A stretch of DNA of 32,000 nucleotides from Candidatus Fokinia solitaria (GTDB taxonomy: Bacteria; Pseudomonadota; Alphaproteobacteria; Rickettsiales; Midichloriaceae): assembly GCF_003072485.1 (NCBI RefSeq), contig NZ_CP025989.1, forward strand, positions 540,001-572,000, in the 5' to 3' direction. Numbering within the stretch: position 1 is the first letter of the stretch; each line of letters begins with the position of its first letter. A program made the position numbers and the translations under genes. Positions 21,355 through 30,411 of this stretch are shown here, one piece after another. The notes below the pieces were generated by a model. That model searched no databases and was not told the DNA's origin. It saw nothing but the letters and a program-made list of their open reading frames with translations.

Positions 21355-23985
21355 TTAATACGCAGCACTACCATATATGAAGAAGCGTTGCTCTAAGTCT
21401 CCAGTTTGCGGATTAATAGGAATTGCATAATCAAAGGAGATTGTACCTAAAAACGGTAACTTTATGCTTAATCCTACACCGATACCACCTCTTACTGCTT
21501 CAAAGTTATAATATCCATTATATGGATTTAATCCTTGTACAAAGTAAGGATTCTTTAGACTTTCTATGCACTCAGGAGACAATTGTGCTGCGTTACACGT
21601 CTGTGCTTCTTCTGCTGCTTTTTTTAATGCCAATGGCCCTCCTCTACATGGCTGTTCTGCTGCTTTTTCTTTTGCTTTTTTAAATGTCGATAGTTCCTTT
21701 CCACATCCTTGCACTTCTTCTCTCATTTGCGCTTCATCTGGCACTTTTCCATTATATGGATAATAGCCCATTTTCTCCCAAGTTTTCTTTGGTATGTCTA
21801 TATCCCAACAAGTACCAAAATCCACAAATCCTCTCACATCGATATCCAATTCTTTCGCTATTTTCAGAGGATATATCAACTCTACCGAGGTAGTGAAGTA
21901 CTTTTTAGCACCTAGGGAATCAGAATATAACTTATCTCTAGGACCAATACCATTTGGCTGGAAGCCGCGTACTTTAGGCGCACCAAGCATAAATCCATTC
22001 ACAACACTTACTTTATTATCTCCAAAGCCTTCAATGAGCCCTCCATTTAGTTTTGTATAAATGAGAAGACTTCTATCAGCAGTTGGTAAGTAGAAATTAG
22101 CACTGACATCGTACTTCTGATAGTATCCATTTCCACCTAATCCAGCGAATTCCGGGAAAAGACCTATAGAATAGCCATTTGGCAATTTTCCTCTATAAAA
22201 AACCTTGTTATACGTTATAGATGATGTTACGGCTGATATCACATACGGAGACTGTTCTGCTCTGATATACGCTGATACGTCACTTTTTTTATTATTTATA
22301 TCATCACCTCTTACAGTATATCCTAAGCCTACGTCACAATTTTTCGTCATAGGGAAAATAAATTTTGTGAACAGCCCCTTTCTCACTATATCGTACTGTG
22401 CCTGTTTAGTATTAGCATTCTCAGTATAATACGGAGTGGTATTATAAAAAGCTCCAAATTGCCACTTTAAATCACGCTCAAGAAAATACGGATCGGTATA
22501 TGTAAAGTCAGTAGCAAAAGATGGCGCTACGTTCGCCGTATTATTCATCATACCAGGCGCTGGTCCTGCTGAAAATCTTACATCAACTATCTTTCCAGTA
22601 CCGAGGAAATTTCTTTCCACAAGTTCAAGTAATCCAGAAAATTTAGATTTACCTGTAGAATCCATGCCACCATAAGCTACTTGCAACTGCACTTTTGCAG
22701 TACTTTTTTCTTTCACCGTAAGCTTTAGATCTGCTCTATCATTTTGCTGTGGCACAACACTAACATTGATATCATCGAATATATCAAGTGCTCTGATATT
22801 AGAAAGAGATGCATTAACGTATTCCATCTTAAAAGGATCTCCTTCCATTATTTCTAACTCTTTTCTCACGACAAAATCTTTAGTCTTTGAATTGCCATCT
22901 ATCACGATATTGTCCACGTAAACATAGCTGCTTTCTGTGATATTGAAACGCACATCTACTTCATAGCCATCTTTAGTTATTTCGTACGATACCTTACTAA
23001 AGGCATATCCTGCTTCATGCATCTTCTCTTTCAGCGCTTCTTGTAATCCTTTTATCTTTCCGATGGAAACTGGATCTCCTCTTCTGATATTAATCTTTTT
23101 TATCACATCTGAAAAATTCACTTTTTTCTCTAGATTGACAGTCATATTTCTTATGATATATCTCGCTCCTTCATCTACTACATATGTCACAAGTGCACCT
23201 TTTTTCTCTGGTAGAATTGCAACTTCGCCATTACTTACCTCGCAATCTATATATCCTGCGTCTTCATAAAACTCCTTCAGTCTCTGTATATCTGAAACCA
23301 TTGTACTGTGCTTCACTATATGACTGCTACCAAGCGCACGATACCAAGTCTTCTCTTTCATCGATAACACATCTTTCAATTTAGCATCTGAAAATGCTTT
23401 ATTTTCAACAAAATTTATCGCAACTACAGAAGGCGCATTACCTTCGTATATGTAGTATATTACATTCACTCTCACATCATCAAGCATCACAAATTTCGGA
23501 GTAATTGTAGCTTCAAAATACCCTTTTTCTCTGAACACTTGCTTTAATACTTGTGAATCCATCCAGCTTTTTTGATAACCATACAGCGTACCAGGCTTCA
23601 TCTTCACAAAATTCTGCAATGTAGAGTCACTGATATTTTTATTCCCGCGAAAGAACACAGCATTAACTATGGGCACTTCTTTTACCTTGATGGATATTGA
23701 GTGCTCTTTTTCATCAAATTCGGCTCTTACTTCTTTGAAGAAGCCAGTACCATACAACTTCTTAATAGAGTTATTTATTAGCTGTTCCGTAATTTCCTTA
23801 CGCTTTGGTAATGCAAAGTAATGTATAATAGCGCTCGAAGATAGCATCTTATTACCTGCAACAGTCAGCTTTACGTCTTCAGTGAAAATCACAGTACCTC
23901 CTGTTGCAGCATCGGCATCATAACAAACGCCAAGAAAAAGAAATAACAGAAGCAAAAGAGTAAATCTTTTAAAGTATCTCATCAA
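21355..23985 (-). CDS. bamA: Outer membrane protein assembly factor BamA (Omp85; POTRA repeats plus beta-barrel)
   Basis: 876 aa with a hydrophobic N-terminal signal, POTRA-like segments (VNAVFFRGNKNISD, VYVDNIVIDGNSKTKDFVVRKELEIMEGDPF) and a C-terminal barrel with GVRGF-like 'KVRGFQPNGIGPRD' and 'GGIGVGLSIKLPFLGTISFDYAIPI'. It sits directly downstream of rseP. Confidence 0.95.
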   Translation of the reverse strand: MMRYFKRFTLLLLLFLFLGVCYDADAATGGTVIFTEDVKLTVAGNKMLSSSAIIHYFALPKRKEITEQLINNSIKKLYGTGFFKEVRAEFDEKEHSISIKVKEVPIVNAVFFRGNKNISDSTLQNFVKMKPGTLYGYQKSWMDSQVLKQVFREKGYFEATITPKFVMLDDVRVNVIYYIYEGNAPSVVAINFVENKAFSDAKLKDVLSMKEKTWYRALGSSHIVKHSTMVSDIQRLKEFYEDAGYIDCEVSNGEVAILPEKKGALVTYVVDEGARYIIRNMTVNLEKKVNFSDVIKKINIRRGDPVSIGKIKGLQEALKEKMHEAGYAFSKVSYEITKDGYEVDVRFNITESSYVYVDNIVIDGNSKTKDFVVRKELEIMEGDPFKMEYVNASLSNIRALDIFDDINVSVVPQQNDRADLKLTVKEKSTAKVQLQVAYGGMDSTGKSKFSGLLELVERNFLGTGKIVDVRFSAGPAPGMMNNTANVAPSFATDFTYTDPYFLERDLKWQFGAFYNTTPYYTENANTKQAQYDIVRKGLFTKFIFPMTKNCDVGLGYTVRGDDINNKKSDVSAYIRAEQSPYVISAVTSSITYNKVFYRGKLPNGYSIGLFPEFAGLGGNGYYQKYDVSANFYLPTADRSLLIYTKLNGGLIEGFGDNKVSVVNGFMLGAPKVRGFQPNGIGPRDKLYSDSLGAKKYFTTSVELIYPLKIAKELDIDVRGFVDFGTCWDIDIPKKTWEKMGYYPYNGKVPDEAQMREEVQGCGKELSTFKKAKEKAAEQPCRGGPLALKKAAEEAQTCNAAQLSPECIESLKNPYFVQGLNPYNGYYNFEAVRGGIGVGLSIKLPFLGTISFDYAIPINPQTGDLEQRFFIYGSAAY

Positions 23986-24291
23986 AAATATACCAATACC
24001 TAGATTTTCCAGTCATCGGTAGAGGATATACATTTTTACAAAATAATCAAATCCAAGACTCCATTCGATACCTTAATATCGATATGAAAAATAACATTTC
24101 GGCAAATTACTTAAAAATTTAATGCTAAAAATCAAAACTTATATGAAACGCATACGCGAAAAGTATCGCAAATATCATGCGATGATATAATAAAATAAAG
24201 AGAAAATAACGCTTAGGTATCCTTGCGCGAAAACGATACAGATAAATAAAAGTATACTAAGAAGATAAGAACATGAAGGAGAAGATGTTCA

Positions 24292-25296
24292 TTATTTCAA
24301 ATTCTTCACATCGCTTACTGATACCGATATAAGGATTGCTATAATAAACACAAAGCCGAGGAAGAATAGAATTTTTTGGACATTTTGCGGGATTCTCTTC
24401 TTAAATAGTAAGAGGGTGATAAAATCTAAGAGACATATTACAATATTTCCTCCATCTAAGCCTGGAATAGGAAGTAAATTAAAGACACCTAGATTAATAG
24501 AAAGCACCGCCATGAAGAATAGTAGCGCTGGAAAGCCTTTCTGTAAGATAGAATGAACTAAATTCGCAACGCCAATTGGCCCTACAATTTCTGCCTTCTC
24601 ATCCTTGTTGAATGCAGTTTTTAGTAACATAGGTATACCTGAGAATACTTGCTTGCACATTATAACTGTATCATTAAGACCGCTTTCGATAGAGCTGAGT
24701 AAACTTCTTTTCACGGTAATATTTACTCCAAGTTCTGTCAAATGATTGACTGTTGTAGAAAGTACCACATTATTATCTCCTCTCTTTACCAAGATTACGA
24801 GATCCTGATTATCTTTGCCGTAGAATGCGCTAATCTCAGACATACTTTTTCCATTCACTGTTAATATCACGTCACCTTTTATAATGCCAACTTTCTCAGC
24901 TACAGATTCGTGTTGCACTCCTAAAACAATTCCTTCTTCGTAGTAATTCGATATGTATATCGAAGTAAATACCAAGATTACGCAGGAAAGCAGAAAATTT
25001 GCTAACGGCCCACCTATGCATATAAAAGCTCTTATAAGAGGAGATTTGTTTTCGTATGAATGTGGATCACTCAAACCGTCTTGCATTTTCACATACCCTC
25101 CTAATGGAAAAAGAGCTATTTGCCATAATACTCCTGCAGAATCTTTGTATCCGAACAATTTACGGCCAAATCCGAAAGATACAACATTTACTTTTACTCC
25201 AGATATTTTCGCGGCAACAAAGTGTCCTAATTCGTGCAACATCACAATAGGAAACAGGAAAAGCAGCAATTCTACAAACATCCACAGTGCTTCCAT
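24292..25296 (-). CDS. rseP: Site-2 / RIP zinc metalloprotease RseP
   Basis: 334 aa; HELGHF (HExxH) motif near the N-terminus, PDZ-like centre (GVQHESVAEKVGIIKGDVILTVNGKS) and 'NLLPIPGLDGG' active-site motif. Confidence 0.95.
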   Translation of the reverse strand: MEALWMFVELLLFLFPIVMLHELGHFVAAKISGVKVNVVSFGFGRKLFGYKDSAGVLWQIALFPLGGYVKMQDGLSDPHSYENKSPLIRAFICIGGPLANFLLSCVILVFTSIYISNYYEEGIVLGVQHESVAEKVGIIKGDVILTVNGKSMSEISAFYGKDNQDLVILVKRGDNNVVLSTTVNHLTELGVNITVKRSLLSSIESGLNDTVIMCKQVFSGIPMLLKTAFNKDEKAEIVGPIGVANLVHSILQKGFPALLFFMAVLSINLGVFNLLPIPGLDGGNIVICLLDFITLLLFKKRIPQNVQKILFFLGFVFIIAILISVSVSDVKNLK

Positions 25297-25568
25297 TTTT
25301 CTTTTTATCTTTGAATCATAATGATGATGCTATCATACACTAGTAACAAAATAAAGTCATTTCAATGAAAGAGGCTCATAGCTTCTCCCTACATTTCGCG
25401 TTTTCTCGTCAATTACCTCTTCATCTTTCATAAAACATTATATCGTATCTTTCCACTCTTATAGCAGCATCTAGCATTCACTATCACACAAGTTATTACG
25501 TCGCACTAAGTAGCGTTAAGTACTGTAAATTTAATGGTACTCATATCAATTTTTAGTCCTATATATTG

Positions 25569-26702
25569 CTATTCGATAATAGTTTGAAATATAGATAAAT
25601 TACTATCACTATTTATAGAATTATCATTCTGATAAATTACACTACTGACATCACTTTTCTCAAAATTCTTAGGAGTAAAACCTAAGTCAGAAGGAAGATT
25701 ATGAAAACGTGCGGATACTTCTTCGTAATCTATGCTAAATGAAGTACTATCGTAAATAGTAAACATAATGGACGATATAAAACCATCTACTTTTGCAATA
25801 ATCGTGCAATTTTCAGTACCATCTAATATCTTAAAACTACGAGATTCTACGCATTCTATAGATAATTTATCTCCACGCTTGCAAACGTCAGGAGAGTTTA
25901 TATTAGAAAAGGTATATACCGAACATTGCGACTTTATAATATCTGCAGTTGGTACATAGCAAAATTCCTCCGTAATACTTCTCTTCATCACAAGCATATT
26001 GGTCTTCTCTACATCAACGTTATATGTTACAGAAAGCAACTTTAGAACCATAGTATTTACTATATTTACACAAATAGCGTTATCAAAATGCTTACACAAA
26101 TAACCTCCAATACTATTATGGATATCAGTATATTTTTTAAGTCCTTCTGCTGCCATATTATAACCTATATGCGAAATGCCACATCCAACTATTTTCTCTA
26201 AAATAGACACTTCTGTAGCATGTACACTTTTCTTAGCAACGCAGGAAACGGCGCCATGAATACTTGGAATTGCTTCTCTGAGAAAATGCCATTTTTGAAA
26301 AATTTCAAAATCTATTAAAAAAGACAAATCGATTGCAAATTTCGAAACAGTACTCGCGACATCTACTTTTCCTACATAAGTCACTCCTACCATCCCACCA
26401 GACGATGATCCAATGACTGTACTTAGTACACTATAGGTAGCTTTTGCGACAGCGCCTATCAAGAAATGTTTCTTTGCAATTTCCGCAGGTGTATAGATAT
26501 TCTTGTACGCTAGTACACACTCTGTCATAGTAGTAGCTAATCCGACAGCAGCACCTTCTACAAAAGCAGCTGGTAATGAGATTAGAGAGTGTAAATGCAA
26601 GGAAGTTATCATTGGATGCTCAAGATTCCAAGAGTATGCGATAAATCCTACATGTAGAGTTTTAAGAAAATAAGCTGCTGCAGCATTATGCCGTCTATGC
26701 AT
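25569..26702 (-). CDS. Hypothetical protein, 377 aa, hydrophobic Gly/Ala-rich N-terminal half and soluble C-terminal half
   Basis: Long ORF on the same strand as its neighbours, no family recognised by eye. Confidence 0.65.
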   Translation of the reverse strand: MHRRHNAAAAYFLKTLHVGFIAYSWNLEHPMITSLHLHSLISLPAAFVEGAAVGLATTMTECVLAYKNIYTPAEIAKKHFLIGAVAKATYSVLSTVIGSSSGGMVGVTYVGKVDVASTVSKFAIDLSFLIDFEIFQKWHFLREAIPSIHGAVSCVAKKSVHATEVSILEKIVGCGISHIGYNMAAEGLKKYTDIHNSIGGYLCKHFDNAICVNIVNTMVLKLLSVTYNVDVEKTNMLVMKRSITEEFCYVPTADIIKSQCSVYTFSNINSPDVCKRGDKLSIECVESRSFKILDGTENCTIIAKVDGFISSIMFTIYDSTSFSIDYEEVSARFHNLPSDLGFTPKNFEKSDVSSVIYQNDNSINSDSNLSIFQTIIE

Positions 26703-26789
26703 AATAATAAAATGAATTTTTTGTATGACATATATAATACTAACTCTGCATACAAAATAATAACAACAGAATTCTTTCTGATATCTAAT

Positions 26790-27218
26790 CTATAGCATCG
26801 CTATCCGATTGCAGTGCTTAGGTTCATTGGAAAAATCTGTTGCAATAAATACGTTGAGTATATTTTTAGCTTCATCAAACGCTAAAAAATCCCCTCCTAA
26901 TACTAGTATGTTTGCATTGTTATGTGCTCTTGAGATACGCGCATACTCTTCGTTATGACATAGAGCAGCTCTCACTTGCTGATATCTATTTGCTGCAATA
27001 CTCATTCCTATACCGCTGCCACATATCAGAATTCCAATCACTCCATTAGCAGATACTTGCATTGCAACTTTTTTCGCAATTAATGGATAATCCACAATCT
27101 CTTTTTCATCGCATCCAGCATCAAAAATTTCTGAATCAATATAGTGCTGTAGCATAAAGGCAAATAGCTTCTGCTTCATCCAGTATCCTCTATGATCTGC
27201 ACCTATTACAATACGCAT
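26790..27218 (-). CDS. rpiB: Ribose-5-phosphate isomerase B
   Basis: 142 aa; MRIVIGADHRGYWMK..., DYPLIAKKVA..., GILICGSGIGMSIAANRYQQVRAALCHNEEYARISRAHNNANILVLG are characteristic RpiB motifs. Confidence 0.95.
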   Translation of the reverse strand: MRIVIGADHRGYWMKQKLFAFMLQHYIDSEIFDAGCDEKEIVDYPLIAKKVAMQVSANGVIGILICGSGIGMSIAANRYQQVRAALCHNEEYARISRAHNNANILVLGGDFLAFDEAKNILNVFIATDFSNEPKHCNRIAML

Positions 27219-27348
27219 AATAGCTTTGCACTCGATTGTTTACTTATATCATTCATTAGTTAACATAAAATATTGCAATAAGACTAAGTAATCACTAGAA
27301 TCGATCATAGTCGTATGGAGTCTCGTATCAACTCCATCTAACATTACT

Positions 27349-27603
27349 TTGTTTTTCAACATGACACAGTACTTAAAATATGCGTTCATTGCATCATTTT
27401 TCTCTCTTTCATTGGCTTCATCAATAGCTAATGCAGCTGATCAAACTCAAGATGCAAATAGCGCTACTACAACGGATAGTACTACAACGGACACTGATAG
27501 TCAGAAAAAAAATACTAAGCCGTCTACTACCACTCAGGCGCCTGCAGCAAATGCTACAAGTAGCACTAGTAATTCTGCTTCAAGTACTACAACTACAAAA
27601 TAA
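27349..27603 (+). CDS. Small putative secreted Thr/Ser/Ala-rich protein
   Basis: 84 aa; signal-peptide-like FIASFFSLSLASSIANA followed by low-complexity ADQTQDANSATTTDSTTTTDTDSQKKNTKPSTTTQ...SSTTTTK. Confidence 0.55.
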   Translation: MFFNMTQYLKYAFIASFFSLSLASSIANAADQTQDANSATTTDSTTTDTDSQKKNTKPSTTTQAPAANATSSTSNSASSTTTTK

Positions 27604-28021
27604 ATTGATAGAGAGTGTAAATTGGCAATTTAATTTTACACTCTCTACTTTTTTACTTACTTCTTCCAAGCTTTCTCTCCGCTTCCTACTTTGAAGCTTT
27701 TCGCGCTGTAACTTAGTATCTTAAAAAAAACGTCAGCGTTTCTAGTATGACTTTGATATCTAATATGTCTTCTTGAGGGATATATTCCGTATTTCTTTTC
27801 GGTAGTAAATTTTCTAAAAAATGCTACTTACATCGCATAAAATCATATTCGTAAAGTTCTTCCTAAATGAGAATATGTATTATTTATTAAATCGATAAAG
27901 ATATAATAGCAATGTTATTGCAATGTCAATTTTAAACATATAGAATAAAACTATATTAAAAAATAAGACGTTTTGAATTATTTTTTATCTCATTGTTTTT
28001 TTAACATTTTTTTCTACTGTC

Positions 28022-28378
28022 ATGAAACATATAAAAAAATTATCGAAATACTTATTCTTCATAGTAATGCTAATTTTTCCTGCGATTGCGTTTGCTGATA
28101 GTACTACTCCAGATGTAACCCCTCTTGAGCAGGTATTATGCAACATTTTTGAAATAATAAGTGGTCCGATAGTAACTGCCGTCATTACAGTTACCATTAT
28201 CTCGACTGGTCTTGGCGGACTATTTGGCAAAGTATCATGGACAACAGTTGTAGTAATATTCATAGCAGGAGCTGTTATAGTAGGAGCACCACAAATGGCT
28301 GCCGTATTTACGAGTGTCGATAGCAGCACCAGTTCATCACTACAGCCATTCACATGTGGCAGTTCAACATCAAGTTAG
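28022..28378 (+). CDS. virB2: VirB2/TrbC-like type IV secretion pilin subunit
   Basis: 118 aa; signal peptide (LFFIVMLIFPAIAFA), then 'LCNIFEIISGPIVTAVITVTIISTGLGGLFGKVSWTTVVVIFIAGAVIVGAPQMAAVF', which matches the LCN...GLFGKVSW...GAP pattern of TrbC/VirB2 pilins. Confidence 0.75.
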   Translation: MKHIKKLSKYLFFIVMLIFPAIAFADSTTPDVTPLEQVLCNIFEIISGPIVTAVITVTIISTGLGGLFGKVSWTTVVVIFIAGAVIVGAPQMAAVFTSVDSSTSSSLQPFTCGSSTSS

Positions 28379-29518
28379 AGATGAGAACTTAAAATGCTTT
28401 AAGCATGTAATTAAAACGCTTATATAGAATATAAATATCCTAAAATGATAGTACTTTCCGTGCATGATAACGCTTAATAAGGTAAGTACTATCAAATTAG
28501 GATATATCATTTCCAGAATCGGATTTAAAAAATTGCTTATTCCTTCAAAATTCATTTGAGAGAATGCAAATGATGTAAAAGTCGTAAAAAATAACACACC
28601 GTGAAAACTTTTTGCTATTTTCAATATTGAGGATAAGTATCTGGCGTATATGCTATTTAGAGCCACAGCTGTAGTGAAACAAGATAAAGTCACTATTACT
28701 CCAACTACTACCTTACCATAATCTGGTACTATATAATTTACTACAGTAGCTAGTAAGAATTCCGGCGCTACATCTTGAACTACGTTAGAATATTTCGCAC
28801 CAAGAAAAACGAGACCTATATATACAAATGATAATATCATAGCGCCACATAGCATCGGAAAGATCGCAATTCTGATAATTTCCTTTGCACCTGCTAACGG
28901 AGGAATAGTATCTTTTATTTGATTAAAAATTAACGTAGAAAAGAAAAATGCAGCTAATAAATCCATCGTATGGTATCCAATTATAAATCCTTGATTAAAG
29001 GCATCAGGATATACATCTGATAATACTATATCTTCTTCTTTCATTAGTCCTATTAGAATCACACTCGCAAGCAGCACAAATAACATAGGACTCATCCATT
29101 TACCAAGCATCGAAAGAAGCCATCTTTCCTTAATGCAAAATAAAAACATCAAGATGCAAAATATTGCGCTGAAGGATGATAATTCGATATCAGAAAACGC
29201 GTATTTCATTGCGCCATGTGCCACTGCCACACATCTAGGCACTACACCTATTGATCCAAGTAACGATAAGGTAATTAATGGAAGAACTTTCCTTGCTATC
29301 TTGCCCCCTTCTCCAAAAAATGACTCATAACTCCCCTTATGCATTTTCACTGCAAACATACCTAGAAACGGCAACAACACTCCTGTAATAAGCAATCCAA
29401 AAGCTCCAAATAACCACTCTCCTTTTAATAAAATACCTACCTGAAGCGGAAATATAATATTACCTGATCCGAAGAACATTGCAAAAATTGCAAATCCATA
29501 AAATAGTGCCGACTTCAT
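28370..29518 (-). CDS. brnQ: Branched-chain amino acid transport system II carrier protein (LIV-II family)
   Basis: 382 aa; N-terminus FAIFAMFFGSGNIIFPLQVG is the family signature, with multiple TM segments. Its 3' end overlaps the virB2-like gene by 9 bp (convergent). Confidence 0.85.
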   Translation of the reverse strand: MKSALFYGFAIFAMFFGSGNIIFPLQVGILLKGEWLFGAFGLLITGVLLPFLGMFAVKMHKGSYESFFGEGGKIARKVLPLITLSLLGSIGVVPRCVAVAHGAMKYAFSDIELSSFSAIFCILMFLFCIKERWLLSMLGKWMSPMLFVLLASVILIGLMKEEDIVLSDVYPDAFNQGFIIGYHTMDLLAAFFFSTLIFNQIKDTIPPLAGAKEIIRIAIFPMLCGAMILSFVYIGLVFLGAKYSNVVQDVAPEFLLATVVNYIVPDYGKVVVGVIVTLSCFTTAVALNSIYARYLSSILKIAKSFHGVLFFTTFTSFAFSQMNFEGISNFLNPILEMIYPNLIVLTLLSVIMHGKYYHFRIFIFYISVLITCLKHFKFSSLT

Positions 29519-29588
29519 AGCAAATCTCCTTTCAATAAGTCAGGATGCTACATATTATACAAATGGTAGTAAAGTTAAAATGAAGAAT

Positions 29589-30314
29589 TTAGAAAAAGCT
29601 CATTACTTTATTTGAAAGATGCCTACCTCCGCCTAAATGGATAATTTCTCCGGTAATGGATCCGCTATTGATAAGAAAATTTAGCGCTGCTAATACCTCG
29701 CTAACTTCATTACTATAATTTAGTGGTGCAGCTTCACTAATTTTTTTAAAATGCTCTTCCGATTGATTTTCATTTCTTATGGTAGGGCCTAAAGCAACTC
29801 CATTAACTCTTACATGCGGCGCAAAACACAATGCAGCTTCCAAAGTATAACGATACAGCGCATGTTTTGTCACATAGTACTCAGTCAATGTATCTGACGT
29901 AAAGCATAATTCCGAATCTAATATGTTAATTACATGAAATGTACGCATATTATTATGCTGGATAGAGTGCTCATATATCGCTTTTGTCAATGCACATGCT
30001 GCAACATAATTTACGTTTAACACATCGACGAATTTTTTGTCAATTTTCTTCTTTTCTGCACTATATAATATGCTGACATTGTTAATGAGTAAATTGATGT
30101 CGCTTTTATGTATCAGTTCTGATAGCATATTAATATCTTTGTGCTTTCTGAGATCGCCGCGTATTAAGCGTGTGTTAGAGTTCGACAGGTAAGTGTCTAG
30201 GTTCTTCGGAGAGCTGTGGTAGTGCATCGTCACATTCCATGCATTCTTTACAAAGAAATCCGCAATACTCGTACCTAATTTACTGGTACTACCAGTAATA
30301 CATACATGCCGCAT
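29589..30314 (-). CDS. Short-chain dehydrogenase/reductase, pteridine reductase / FolM-like
   Basis: 241 aa; ITGSTSKLGTSIA nucleotide-binding motif, LINNVS, YYVTK (YxxxK) catalytic motif, RVNGVALGPT and C-terminal ITGEIIHLGGG. Confidence 0.75.
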   Translation of the reverse strand: MRHVCITGSTSKLGTSIADFFVKNAWNVTMHYHSSPKNLDTYLSNSNTRLIRGDLRKHKDINMLSELIHKSDINLLINNVSILYSAEKKKIDKKFVDVLNVNYVAACALTKAIYEHSIQHNNMRTFHVINILDSELCFTSDTLTEYYVTKHALYRYTLEAALCFAPHVRVNGVALGPTIRNENQSEEHFKKISEAAPLNYSNEVSEVLAALNFLINSGSITGEIIHLGGGRHLSNKVMSFF

Positions 30315-30411
30315 ATCATTTTTTTTCTTTACTTGAAGTTACCGCTCAAGTATGTATTCATGATAATCGCAAAGCAATCACAGAAAAGCGTAAAATACAA
30401 TTATAAACAAC

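Noticed and set aside
21423-23384. Plus-strand ORFs antisense to bamA (21423..21683, 21566..21763, 21684..21893, 21709..21915, 21794..22060, 22205..22429, 23063..23269, 23184..23384)
   Set aside because: The minus strand encodes a convincing BamA, so these are antisense artefacts.
24172-24188. 7-bp inverted repeat ATATCAT-GCG-ATGATAT between rseP and bamA
   Set aside because: Short AT-rich stem with no adjacent U-tract. Expected by chance at this base composition and too weak to call a terminator or regulatory site.
24953-25321. Plus-strand ORFs antisense to rseP (24953..25321, 25056..25250)
   Set aside because: Antisense to a clear rseP with HExxH and LDG motifs.
27431-27694. 87-aa plus-strand ORF overlapping 27349..27603
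   Set aside because: Out-of-frame reading of the Thr-rich ORF with a Leu-rich low-complexity product.
27985-28353. 122-aa minus-strand ORF
   Set aside because: Antisense to the virB2-like gene. The plus-strand product has a signal peptide and family motif, while the minus product has neither.
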